A model generated the notes under the pieces. It did not search any database, was not told the DNA's origin, and was given only the letters and a program-made list of their open reading frames with translations. The position numbers and the translations under genes are program-made. This document shows, piece by piece, positions 44,556 to 57,000 of a stretch of 64,000 bases of DNA. The DNA lies in contig CM022665.1 of the NCBI GenBank assembly GCA_012295275.1, forward strand, positions 36,394,001 through 36,458,000. The letters are read 5' to 3'. Within the stretch, counting starts at the first letter, position 1. Every line of letters begins with the position of its first letter. Origin of the DNA: Chrysomallon squamiferum (Eukaryota > Animalia > Mollusca).

Positions 44556-46289
44556 AATACGTTTGAGAAAGGAGGGAGACTGGGAATGACAAAGCAGAAA
44601 GGAATATGAACAAAGAAGACAGATATATAGATGTTTAGATGATAAGAAAGAAAGAAAATACACAAAGAATATCCATATATAGATCAGATATTTAAAAAAA
44701 TAAAAAAATAAAAATGTCGCATTTAATCTCTTTTTCAGTATTAAGCGTGCTCCAGTCTTTGTAGTGTCGCTATATCAAACCATATCTATTTACGAACAAA
44801 AAACAACAAAAAAATGATAAATATTAAAAATAACTAATTCAAAAATAAACACAAATCTATTACGTACGCTACGTTTATGTTCAGTAACGTATTTAGCGCG
44901 TGGCGTCCTTATTCTTTGATACACGACTATCAATATTAATAAGTCAAGATTAAAAGTGATCTCAAAAATTGAAAGTCATCATTCAATTTGCCCACAAGAT
45001 GAATAACGCACACCTTACAATTTGTAAGTAGACGTCGGGTCTTGACAAATATTTTCTACACACGAAATACCGTGATAACGTTCATACTAGAAATCGTTAA
45101 GGGAATGAAGTTTTCAAAGAATATGGCCCTTTCGACCGTGAACTGTACTAATCGGATAGAAGCATAAAAACTGAAATAGAATCAACACAACACGACTGCA
45201 ATGAACTGACGTCATTGGAACACGAACGTTTTTGGTAATGATCATTAATAATTATGAGCCAAAAAACCAAAACAAAAAAGAAATCTAATTAGATGAATCG
45301 GCCACTGATAGAGAAAAATACTGGATTAACTTTGTTTAATTATCTAAAGAAGGGAAAGAGACACTGTATTCATATGCGTACAAAAACACGTGTGTGCTCA
45401 CGTTTACGCATATATTCATACAAAAAAAAGCATAAACACTTCCTTATCGACATATATAGTTGCAAAAAGATGATTCACAAACACAAACGTTTACTGGAAA
45501 CTGCAATTCAAACCATAGCTAAAAAATCAGCACCCTTTACTACTGATTTTATTTACACATACACATAAACATAAAAAGTACACAAAAAGAACCATTTATA
45601 TATCCAGACATGCATATGTGCAGAAAACAAACACACTTACAAAGTTAAACTGACTGACAGACGCACGAACACGTACAGACGACACTGATACCATGCACGC
45701 ACTACTTAACATTTTGCACACTCTCTGAAACTTGCACTTCACACATCTAACTTTAAAATATTTTGAAAAGTCTTGTAAACAGAGGCGAAATTGCAGATAA
45801 AATGACATGTGGAGATTCAGAGAATCGATCCCGCGCACAACAGAATCGTTATACGTCATTGCTCGCTCCCTGTTGCGTGGCCGTTACGATTGTTTTCAGT
45901 GCTTACAAGAGGGTGGTACATTTGTACGTTATACGTCATCATTACTGAATACCCCAGAAGAAACTGTGAGATGTCTACGATTTAAAACAAGTATGAGTCG
46001 CCTCAGTGTTCGGCTGAGTGGTACAAGACGTCAAACAACCTTACTATTACACAAGATATTCTTCTTCTTGTAAACCTGGTGTGCATGGATCATCCATCTC
46101 ACTTAATTCCTCCTAGCTTTGCCAAACGTTTACTACAACACAGAAAACTCGGTCGTAATTTCTTTTTATTTTTTACTTTTTTGTGTGGTTGTTAATACAA
46201 ACTTTATTAGTTTGGAAAAGCGTTTGATGAATTATGATACATTACTGAACATACATTTATGTTATTCCTAATATCTTTAGCTTTATGTA

Positions 46290-46500
46290 TTTAAATGTAT
46301 CTACGTTTAACAAGATATAGTACATAATGTATATATTATATACAGAGCTGTGTAATTTATATTCAGCATATACTACAGAACTATGTACGTTTATATTCAA
46401 CATATATTGTAGTATTCAGTACGTTTATATTCAACATGTACCGTAGAATTATGTAGTTTATATTGAGTATATACCGTAGGACAGTGTACGTTTATATTAA
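46290..46500. repeat. Degenerate ~30-bp minisatellite
   Basis: Recurring tatgtacgtttatattcaacatat..cgtagaa. Confidence 0.7.
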
Positions 46501-46821
46501 TTACTTGCTATAGAATCACACTGTTGCACTGATTTAATAAAATCCAGTGGAGGTGGCTTAACAGACAGGTAGCTGGCCTTTATATCCCACAATGTTACAA
46601 ACAGCAAATTGTAACCATTCATGTGTCACAGAATTTAAAGGAAAATGTCACTGTTTTAACTGTTTCATTAGCAGTACATTAATGGATTTTGCGCAAATGA
46701 GCATAGAATGTAAACTGATGACTTAGATTAGAACTGACACAGAGATGGAAATACGCATGTTTGATTAAACATAAAATCGAAGAAAAATATTAATATACAT
46801 CAACACCGTCTTTGAGTTTGT

Positions 46822-47145
46822 AAGGAAGAAGGATGAACTGTTTTATTCAATATCGCATTCAACACACTTTTTTTTATAGTGATACAGCGCGATATATACT
46901 TATTGTTCAGGACTATATAGATAATGAAAGAGGAAATCCACTGTGTCAAGTCATGCGCTACTCTTTTTTAAAAACAGCAGCAAAGAATCTTTTATGTGCA
47001 TTTTCTTATAGCACATATCACGGCCCTTGGTAAAGCAGATCTGAAAGATTGCAGGAAAGACTAAAGGGCGCGATGATGAGAATCGATCTAGCGACCCATC
47101 ATGTCTCAGCCCATCAAGTTGAAATCAGCGATCTAAAGCCCATCC
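46822..47145 (-). mobile_element. Degenerate tRNA-derived SINE, near full length
   Basis: Reverse complement shows the same blocks: (TTCC)n-like tail, gctactctttt...agcagcaaagaatcttttatgtgca, tagcacatatcacggcc, and B-box remnant gaatcgatc. Confidence 0.7.
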
Positions 47146-48502
47146 TTTGTTTTTGAAATCTCTATTTCTTCTTCTTCTTTTTCTTTTTCTTTTTTTAAAT
47201 TCTTTATGTTCGTATTGTTTTATTTTATTATTATTATTTTTTTTTAATAACGGCAAAAAGCCAGATTTTAACTCTGTGACTTCGATTACCATTTACGTCA
47301 TCGTCGGTCACCACAAAACCATACAGGAAGAGCCCAAGATTCCCGCCGTTGTGTTTGTGTCGTGTAATTAACTGTTTAATCAACTGAAACCAAATTCCTT
47401 CTTGTTGGGCGGATTACCGTAGCGAAATGCCAAAGGCTATCGTCTAATGGAATTCATTGACAAAAGTGAAACTGTCCACTCGTATGTTCACCTTGCTGGC
47501 ACCTAGTGAATGTCAGCGAGTATTGCAAAGGCGCCGGTTGGTGGTCAGAAAGTTCCTTAAGTTGACTAATATCACGGTCCGCGCGAGGCCTTAAATTGCC
47601 AGCTCTTACCACGACCGCTGATAAAAGGTTATCAACCTGTTCGTTCAAAATGCCAAACGCTGAGACGAACTTAACATTAATAATGCGACCGAGAGATACT
47701 CGATTAATCATTTAATGAACCAACACTTTCCTTTCTCTGTTTCTTTTCATTGTTTCTTCTTCATATTCTTCTTCTTTTTCTTCTTCTTCCTCATATTCTT
47801 CTTTTCTTTTTCTTCTTCTTTTTATTTATTTATTATTTATTTGTCTATGCTTTTTCTCTTGACTGTTCATGAGAGTGTCTGTGTTAGGAAATTAGATATG
47901 TATAATAGATGGTGTAATGATCTCAGTTATTTCTGTTAGTAGTCATAGTATCTACGTGTGATTTTCTCAGAACATCAACGTTTGCAGATAATTAAGTACT
48001 ACAATGAAGGAACAACGACTTTTTTTCATTCTGTTTTTTTTTTTTTTTTTAAATCTTTACTTCATAATTATAATATTTAAGTACAAACATACAAACACAA
48101 TCTTTGAGACTGCAAATGCACTGCGAAGTTTTGCTGTGACCTCAGTCTGTCGGGGATTTTTGAACATCTCAGTGCAAGACGCGCGTTATCAAAAAGGAAT
48201 ATTGCCAGCCTTGTTGTTGTATTGTTATCAAAGGCTGGTGTCAAAAAAACAAAATAGTGAGAGGAGGTTTATAAAATGTATTCAGTTTATTTGTTCTTAC
48301 TTTCACTCTTTACAGAAATCCTTCAGAGGGTATTTTTAGACAAAATATTATTTTAAGAAATAAAAAAACAGTTAAATAAATAAGTAATTAAGTAAATAAA
48401 TAAAAGATTTATGTACAGCTGATTCATAAGAATAATCTCTTTAAAATAATATTATAAAATAAAAGGTATTTCAAGGCATTTTAATATGAATAATATTTAC
48501 TA

Positions 48503-48543
<41 letters not shown>

Positions 48544-48548
48544 CTCTC

Positions 48549-48581
<33 letters not shown>

Positions 48582-49766
48582 GACACACATACACAAAGAC
48601 AAATCATTTTTAAAAATAAAACCAAAATAAACACTTTTCCCAAGGTCACTGAACTTTTTGGCAACCAACTATATCATAAAACAGCACTGCAATAGTCCAT
48701 TAATGATCACGTGATTTTTGTGTCTCCTTATAAAGCTTACACTGTGCTTGCTAGCACGTTGCTCCAAAAGTTGACTGATCTTTCGTACGTTATTAGCAAC
48801 AACTCACCACCCCGGGGCGAGTCGGCGCACCACGACCCTCCTGTAATGATATCGAAGACGACAAGTTAACCAAGCGATTGGACGCCTACTCATCTCCATG
48901 CTGAGCTGTCTTTACAATGTAACATTTCCATGACTTTTCTCTTTCTCTCTGCAAGTTACAGGTGGTATTGCTTACAGATATCATTTATGCGTTTAAAAGT
49001 GACGGGCCGAGTCTAATCCAAGCAGACGGCGTCTGGGCTATGTTAGAATCTTATACGAAGTCAACGGTATTTCGTTGTGTTTTTTTTTTCTTTTTTTTTA
49101 TTTATTTTCACTGTTGCTGAAAAGACAGCCAGACGTAACTGACAGGGACCGACTAATTTGAAGAAATATTTTCTTTATTGAAAATAAGGCGATTTTTTGT
49201 GTTTTACTGGTTGAAGAACTTAACTGTTTGAGAGTATGAATGGTGTGCAATAAGTACAGCTGCGAATAAAGTGTAAGGCTGATTTGTCTCGTTACATTTT
49301 TATTTTATTTTATTTTATTATTATATATATATATTTTTTTTTATGTGCTGATCTCATTTTACCAGAATTTTAATTAATCTGGTATAAAAGCTTTTATAAA
49401 TAAATAAATGAATGGATGGATGGATGGATGGATAAATAAATGAATAAACAGGTCGGAATATATTATATACACCAGTATGACTGGTTTCAGCGTTTTTAGT
49501 AGAGCATTTTATTTCTTTATTTGTTTAATTATTTCTTTATAGTATTTATTTATTTATTTATTTATTTATTTATTTCATATCAGTTGTGTTGCGTTCAGTA
49601 TTGTTTTATCGTTCTTATGATTATTACTGATTCTTCAGTAAAAAAATTATAGTATATATATATCATGCCATGTTGTTGAAATGAATGAATGAATATTTAA
49701 TATTTAATGTGATCTAAAATTTACACATATGTCATAACAAAGGGCTATTTGGTAATAAAAAAGTAA

Positions 49767-49859
<93 letters not shown>
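49767..49859. repeat. Inverted microsatellite (AAT)15(ATT)16
   Basis: Perfect 90-bp palindrome centred at 49811/49812. Confidence 0.95.
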
Positions 49860-49861
<2 letters not shown>

Positions 49862-49889
49862 AATTATTAAAAAACGAAATAAAAATGTC

Positions 49890-50055
49890 TTTGGAATGCA
49901 AACAGACAGGAAAGCTCATACTAATTTTGATAAAGCTGTCTCGGGTTACTGATAACAATAGGAAATAACCCAAAGGACGTTCTAAAGAGAATTGATCTTA
50001 CTGTCCATCACGCTTGAGATTAGCGCTCAAACCACTGAACCACAATCCGTTCTCG
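49890..50055 (-). mobile_element. SINE fragment (5' half)
   Basis: acagacaggaaagctcatac...aaataacccaaagg...gaattgatc...agcgctcaaaccactgaaccac is the reverse complement of a head plus core. Confidence 0.5.
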
Positions 50056-51368
50056 TAGAAGTGTGTTTTCTTATCACATCACTGTTTTTAATTATTAGTC
50101 AAACAACAAAACAAACAACAAATATATTTGATAACAAACTTTATTAAGATTATTCTACTTTTTATTAAACACAAATGTAATACACCGGATATGAAATTTA
50201 AATAATAAACATTTAATTGCAAAGAGACTATTTCATTTCTGTCTTAAAGCAAGACAACAAAGAGATGCATCCACTATTTTAATGTAAATGTATAGGTTTG
50301 TTCATAGCTAAATAATTTCATACTGAATTAAACACTGTTCTCAAATGAAAGCTATCTTGTCAAATCAATCAATAAATCCAACCTTAATTATATTTTCTTT
50401 AGTATTTAAAGTAGCCAGCGCAAAATATTAAAAGACTGAGTCACCAGAAATCATTGGTGTTTTTTTTTTTTTTTTTTTTTTTTTTTTGTCTGCATACGTG
50501 GATATTACGCAGGTGACTGAAAAAGAAAACCTTAGAATACATCTGTATTGAAACTTACATTCGTGCGTTCGCATATACACACACAAATACACACGTACAC
50601 ACACACATACATAAAATACCAGTATATACACATATAAATATGTAAATTCTGAATATATATTAACTTTAAATCCTAAAAACATATTGTCTATGCATTTCGA
50701 AGTAAAGAAATAAATGTAAAAAGAGATATTATTAAAGTAATGCTTACCTAAAGTTAAAATATAATGAATAAAATTCTGAGTATTAGGATATCATATTAAT
50801 CTAATTTGTTTTTTCTTTTTCTTTTTTTAAGAAGATAGTAAAATAGAATATATATATATATATATACATACATACATACATACATATACATATAGATATA
50901 TAATACTTGTGGAAATAGTATAAGGTAATATTTTACAAAAAGGCAGGCTACCCTTAAAATCTAATTAGGTTGTCTTTTGCTAATTTGTTCAGAAAATCTA
51001 TATTTTAATTATAATTTTTATTTTATTTATTTATTTATTTTATTTTTATTTTATTTTTATTTTGTTTTAGTGTAGTTTTTTTCTAAAAATGTTATTATTT
51101 ATATTTTTTGGTGAGAATATTAGCTTATAATCGTCCTTCAAATGTTTTTATTTATTTATTTGTTTGTTTGTTTGTTTGTTTGTTTGTTTGTTTGTTTGTT
51201 TGTTTGGTTGTTTGTTTATTTGTTTGTTTATTTATTTTTTAGCGAAAGAAAGAAAAAGCATATGTACAAACTCTCCACTTAAAATACCATTAAACAAACT
51301 TCATTCACTATATTTATCATAATGATGTATAAGAAACAACGTTATAGTTTATAGTCTTAACAAATAGT

Positions 51369-52961
51369 TTATGCGATTGTACAGTAACCGAAAGATGTTG
51401 ATGGGGCTGGTTTCCTTGCGTCGACTGTGGGAGATCTGAGCCGCGAGGAGTTGCATCTGTCTGTCAGATAACGCCTTGTCTCCATATTCTTCTTCGTGTT
51501 TCTGCTGGGCAGAGCAACGTTTTGACACGAGGCAGAAACAAGTTCTTCCATCGGGAAATGCTTTCCGTGAATGTCGTACCGGTGCTTAGCGCAATGGTGG
51601 AAACGATTGTGGTAGTTACGTCTGTATTTATCTCTTCTGCAGACTGGATTTCTTCTATACATCGTCTTCTGACTTAACGTGGACGAATTTGATGAATCAG
51701 ATGAAAAGGCAGAAGCTGCTGGAATCACCGAAGGAGAAAATGTCACTTTGTGGATACCACTAGTACTGGGTATTTCATTGTCTTGGACAATGCGCACTTT
51801 TTTCCCGTTGCTGAGTGATGAGTGTCTGCTAATCGGAGATATGGTATTTCTGCATCGTTTCGGAGAGCCACTCTGTTCAACATCGGTGATCCAGGCCTCT
51901 ATGATCTTTCTTTTTTCCGATGCGTTAACTTTTCCTGGATAACCTAGTGCTTTTACTGTATCTGCGGTGAGCAAGCTACTGTACTTCGCATTATTATTAG
52001 GAGAGGAAATCTTTCGTCCACTGGAAGACTTAGAGCACGGTGACACTGGAATATTAGACGCTTCCGTTTTTATTGATCTGGACTTCCGCGATCCTGTAGT
52101 TCTCGATCTCTGTGGTGAGAGAGATGCTGATCTTTGCCGTAAGCAAGATCCTGATCTATGTGGTGAGTGCGAAGCTGATTTTTGCCGTGAGCGAGAAGCT
52201 GATCTTTGCCGTGAGCGAGAAGCTGATCTGTGCCGTGAGCGAGAAGCTGATCTCTGTGGTGAGCATTGCGCTGCGTGTGATTCTGATCTTTGCGCTGCGT
52301 GTGATTCTGATCTTTGCGGCGAGCGTGATTCTGATCTTTGTGCTGCGTGTGATTCTGATCTTTGCACTGAATGTGATTCTGATCTTTGCACTGAGTGTGA
52401 TTCTGATCTTTGCACTGAGTGTGATTCTGATCTTTGCGCTGAGCGTGATTCTGATCTATGCGGTGAACGTGACTCTGACCTTTGTGATGTTGCAGATGTG
52501 GCCTTGTGTGCATCTGTCACTTCGGTATCCTCTCCGTCTTTCGGTGTCTTCCGTCGTCGTTTTGCGGCCTTTGTGAGCAACGCGAAAGGATGCGTCAGGC
52601 TGGGTTTGTATGTCACAAAGAGCCTGTTACGTGACGCCGACGTGGACACCTCGATAGGGTTTAACGCCAGTGAACGCATACGACCACTCAGACGCGTATG
52701 TCTGTTCACGTTCTTGTTTCTTTGACGCATCGATGTCTTGAGAGCTCGTTTTGTACCATGACGAATCTGCCGTCTTTTTCGATTTTTAGACGCATTTTTC
52801 AGTTTTGTGGAAAAATTCACTTTTTTGCGCTTTCCTGTCACCCGTCTTTTTTTCAAAGAACGATGTTTTGAAACTGGAGCTAAGCTTGTTGTAGATGATG
52901 ACAATGAGGAACTACAGGACTGATAACTATACATCAGTTTTTCAAACAACGCGCAAGTCAT
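51369..52961 (-). CDS. Intronless 530-aa basic Ser/Arg/Lys-rich low-complexity protein with 8-aa tandem repeat; putative nuclear or sperm chromatin protein, putative PP1 interactor
   Basis: 1593-nt ATG-to-TAA ORF, mostly non-repetitive and far GC-richer than its flanks. It has NLS-like clusters (KKRRVTGKRKK, KRRRK), (Q/H)RS(E/A)S(H/R)(S/A)x repeats, and motifs KKVNF and HKVTF. No folded domain recognised. Confidence 0.82.
   Translation of the reverse strand: MTCALFEKLMYSYQSCSSSLSSSTTSLAPVSKHRSLKKRRVTGKRKKVNFSTKLKNASKNRKRRQIRHGTKRALKTSMRQRNKNVNRHTRLSGRMRSLALNPIEVSTSASRNRLFVTYKPSLTHPFALLTKAAKRRRKTPKDGEDTEVTDAHKATSATSQRSESRSPHRSESRSAQRSESHSVQRSESHSVQRSESHSVQRSESHAAQRSESRSPQRSESHAAQRSESHAAQCSPQRSASRSRHRSASRSRQRSASRSRQKSASHSPHRSGSCLRQRSASLSPQRSRTTGSRKSRSIKTEASNIPVSPCSKSSSGRKISSPNNNAKYSSLLTADTVKALGYPGKVNASEKRKIIEAWITDVEQSGSPKRCRNTISPISRHSSLSNGKKVRIVQDNEIPSTSGIHKVTFSPSVIPAASAFSSDSSNSSTLSQKTMYRRNPVCRRDKYRRNYHNRFHHCAKHRYDIHGKHFPMEELVSASCQNVALPSRNTKKNMETRRYLTDRCNSSRLRSPTVDARKPAPSTSFGYCTIA
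52105..52487. repeat. Coding 24-bp minisatellite, about 16 copies
   Basis: Plus-strand unit such as GATCTTTGCACTGAGTGTGATTCT, with one 12-bp half unit (AQCS). The reading frame is preserved throughout. Confidence 0.95.
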
Positions 52962-53018
52962 GCCGTCAATTTTCCACAGTTCGTCCAGGTGCTTAATGGG
53001 GGACGAGATTTTCGTTTA

Positions 53019-53259
53019 CGCTTATAAGCGACTATTTTTCTGGCAATGTCAATTGGAAGGCCAGTTTTAGTGGTTAAAGTCCGAACAGTACATTTGTTTA
53101 TGTCCTGAAGTCGTTTTTTTTTCTTTTTCACATTCATTATTTCACAGCAAACCGATCCCGTTAGAATTTAAACCTTTTCATCATGTACCCCAATTGGATG
53201 CTGGACAAACGGTCATGCGTCATAAGTCTTTAAAAAATGATGACGTCATAGGACTTTAA
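53019..53259 (-). promoter_or_regulatory. Candidate promoter of the basic-protein gene: palindromic TATA-like element plus tandem CRE sites
   Basis: CGCTTATAAGCG palindrome at 53019-53030, about 60 nt upstream of the ATG. Full CRE TGACGTCA at 53241-53248 and variant TGCGTCA at 53216-53222 lie within an imperfect 19-20 bp direct repeat. Confidence 0.5.
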
Positions 53260-53267
53260 CGTTCGAA

Positions 53268-53317
<50 letters not shown>

Positions 53318-54018
53318 TATTATTATTAGTTTATTTAATGTATTTATTTATTTATTTTGTATTATTTATATATTTATTTATTTATTTTGTATTACTTATT
53401 TATTTATTTATTTATTAACCTTGTTTCAAAAATCAGTTACTGAAAGTAACTCTGGAAATATGGAGTGATTTTCCATAAGTCAGATTAAAGCAAAATTAAC
53501 TATGCTAAAATTAAAACAAATATATTAAAATATTTTATAATCTTTCATGTGTTTATGTGATTCTTTTATTATTATTACTAGTAGTAGTAGTAGTAGTAGT
53601 TAATGTTGTTGTAGTAGTATCACCATCATCATCATTATATTAATTAATTAATTAATTAATTTATTGTTTATAAGAAGTATATCATGGTTTTTTTTGTTTG
53701 GTTTTTTGTTGTTTTTTTTAAATCGAGATACTGACTGCTAGGTGGTGCATTTGTATCTGTCTATTACCAGATGCTGTGTAGATACATTCGCAAACAAATG
53801 AAAAACATAAACATTACACAAACATACGAATAAACACGCGAACCTGTCTCCGGGCTGAACAAAACTGCTGTTTTATTTTTCAATAAACCAGAATGTGTTG
53901 CATGTATTTTTCTACCTAAAATTTGTTGTAATATATGTATAAACTTACAGTGTTTGTGTATGAGTGTATATGTACGTATGTATGTGTGTGTGTGTGTATA
54001 TATATATATACACACACA

Positions 54019-54055
<37 letters not shown>

Positions 54056-57000
54056 AACAAATATTTCTACCTAGAAGCTGTTGTGTATATATATATGTGG
54101 GTATCCATTTGTAGGTATCCACTTGAACATACATACATATACATATATGTATAGATTCTGAATAAAGTATGCTACACATTTACTTCCAATAAATAAATAA
54201 TATTACACATGTGTTTTGGCGTATAAATAACTCTTTACCTAAATAAACACAAACCACATTTACTATTTTGTTGGACGAATTGAGTAACTCAAAAATCGTG
54301 TTCTCGTGACAGAAACGATACTTGGCATGAACATCGTTCTAATTTTAGAACAGCATGGAACTGAGATCTATGGGATCGATGTGAAGTGAAAATTACTTGT
54401 CGGTAGATCAATAAAGTCTCCCGCTCCCTGCCAACGAGATCTGGTTCCATCATGGCCGCTTGAGCGCGTCCGGTTTCAGACGTCAAAGGAGAGAAGTGGA
54501 AGAGGTAAAACAATGGATTCCAATCAGAAATAAATGTGTGCTTTAATCTTTGATGTATGGTTAACGTTTTCAGTGCAAAGAAAAATCAAAAACATAAACA
54601 AGGTAAGGTTTGGATATTTATCTTTTAAGTACCTTTTCTTTTTCGGTTCCCACTACGATGTAACCCAAACTGCTTCATTTTAAAAAATGAAAAAAAAAAA
54701 AAAAAAAAAAAAAAAGGTTTTATATATTGATGTTTGTTATTGATGTTTTTTGTACAAAACAAAACTAATCTACAGAAATGTAACTGAGTCAATGGACTTC
54801 AAACTACCATACAGTTAAAACATGTCTCCAAGAGTATACTGTAAACATTGTGATTCCACGACTGTAAATCGTTTATCGATCGCAAAGGAGAATTGATGAA
54901 AATAAAAGCAGCTGAAGAAAGGATTCTCATAGACACATTTTCACTGAAGATATTGAAGTATACCTTCTGCTGTATATATATATATATATATATATGTGTG
55001 AAAGGATGTTACAAGAACTGATTTGTGAAAACTGGATTTCAACCATATATTACAATTATATTTCTGAATAGAACGTAACAGAAAATTGTTATTCCATGTC
55101 ATTGATATATTTCTGAAATAACGTATCTAGATACGCGAATTTCTAGTCATAGAATAGGTATTTTGGTATGAAAGTAACTCTAAACGATTTCCAGTCATTT
55201 AATTTAGAATTTTAATTTAATTTCTGAGTAAATATTGCTACAAAAGAATTCTCTAAACAGAATTTCTTCTGCTTTACCTTAAATATATTTCATAATGAAC
55301 GTTCTTATATATATCAGATATATATCTAAATAAATATTACTAGGATAAATGTGTAAAAATTAACTGAGTTTTGATAACCTGTATATTTAATTATTAGATA
55401 TAATACATGCATCTCTCACTCTAGAAACTGAATAAAGAACTGATTTCTGGAAATTTATGTTTGAATTAAGTTAAGATAAAATGACATTAGAAGGATTTCT
55501 AGAAAATAAAATTAATGTCTTAATCATTATCACAGTTTTAAATGAAGGTACATTCGATTAATTTGTAGAAACCGAAATTCTACTTTGTATGCAAATCTGT
55601 GCGAGCGTGTATGTGTGTTTGCGTGTATGAGTGTATATCTGAACGAGAATTGATTTCTACAAATTAAGTTTCGACTTTGTATGAAGAGGAACATCATCCA
55701 GCCGTAATGACGTTGTTTAAACCACTGTTAACGTCGACACTTGAGCTTCCGTGGACGTTGTCTTGTAATGAATGTTGATGTTACACTTCAACCTGCGGCG
55801 ACAAGGCACGAGCTGAATTACCTATTACATTCTGCTTTAATTAACTGGCAGTTAATCACTTTATGGATCCTAATGATTTTTGCTTTGGTCATTTTCCGCA
55901 AAGTCAAGTATGTTTTAAATCTTGTTTTAGTACTGGAGTGAAAAAGGTAGATTATAATTAGTAGTAGTAGTAGTAGCAGTAGTAGTAGTAGTAATAGAGG
56001 CCTAATTTTGAAACAGGTACTGAAATATGGCGGTTCTTTTTATACCACTTCATTTACTTACGTAATTATATAAGTTGCCGGTTGGCTGTGTGTGCATGTG
56101 TGTGTGTTTTTTGCGAGTATGTGTGTCTGTCAGTCTGTTTGTACAAGGTTTCCTTTGTCATGCCAGAATTAATCAAAATTAAATGAGGTCTCGGCTATCC
56201 CAAGTATCTAAGCTAACAGACAAAGGAAACTATAAATGAAGCCAAAGAAGGGTACTTGAGTCAAAAAAGAAAACACAAATCTGATTATCAATGACAATGT
56301 TCTTTCCTCGGTAGCATAAGAATACAAAAAATATGTTTGGATAGCTGTTTCTTTATACTTACGTCAGCGAGGAAACAACAAAGTTGGCACTGACAAAATG
56401 TTATCAAGGCATACCAGAGAAAAATGCAGCGGAAAACTGCTTTTGTTAAAGTCTGGGTCTAAACTGCATGTTTAGAGTTTTATTAACATCAGTACACAGA
56501 CAAGCGAGCTACTCGAATCTTCATGTTCTACAATAAAACGTTTCATCTTATTAACACAGAATTTCAAAACTCGCGATCGATGTTAACTTTATTCTGTATT
56601 TGAAATCCATATACTAATTTAATTTCTGTGTAGACCTTTTAAAGTTCACTATAAAAGGAGCTTAAATTACTTGTACACACAAACGATGCTGTACTGACTG
56701 ACATTATCAAAGATAGGCGATTTGCAGTTTGCACCTGAGTGCGTGTGTTTGACTATTTGAAATTCCAGCGAGACTGTTTTACAAAAGATCGTCTTTCCTA
56801 AGACGCCTATATATAAATTTTTTGCTGCATTCTGACGAGCAGTGGTGGTCTGAGTATAAAATTTCTGTGTGGAAAATTAACAGGAAATTTAAAAGGGCAC
56901 ATGCAGCAGGATCCCAAACGACTCTTTAATTGCAAAACATAGACAAGGGAATCAAATAAAAGCAAAAGTTTAAAGCTGTAATTAAATATTGTCAGAATCT

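Noticed and set aside
51967-52725. Antisense 252-aa Cys/Asp-repeat ORF (metallothionein-like look) and other overlapping frames at 52070-52576
   Set aside because: The antisense ORF has a GTG start and no Met. These frames stay open mainly because the 24-bp unit lacks stops in several frames, so they are best explained as shadows of the 530-aa gene.
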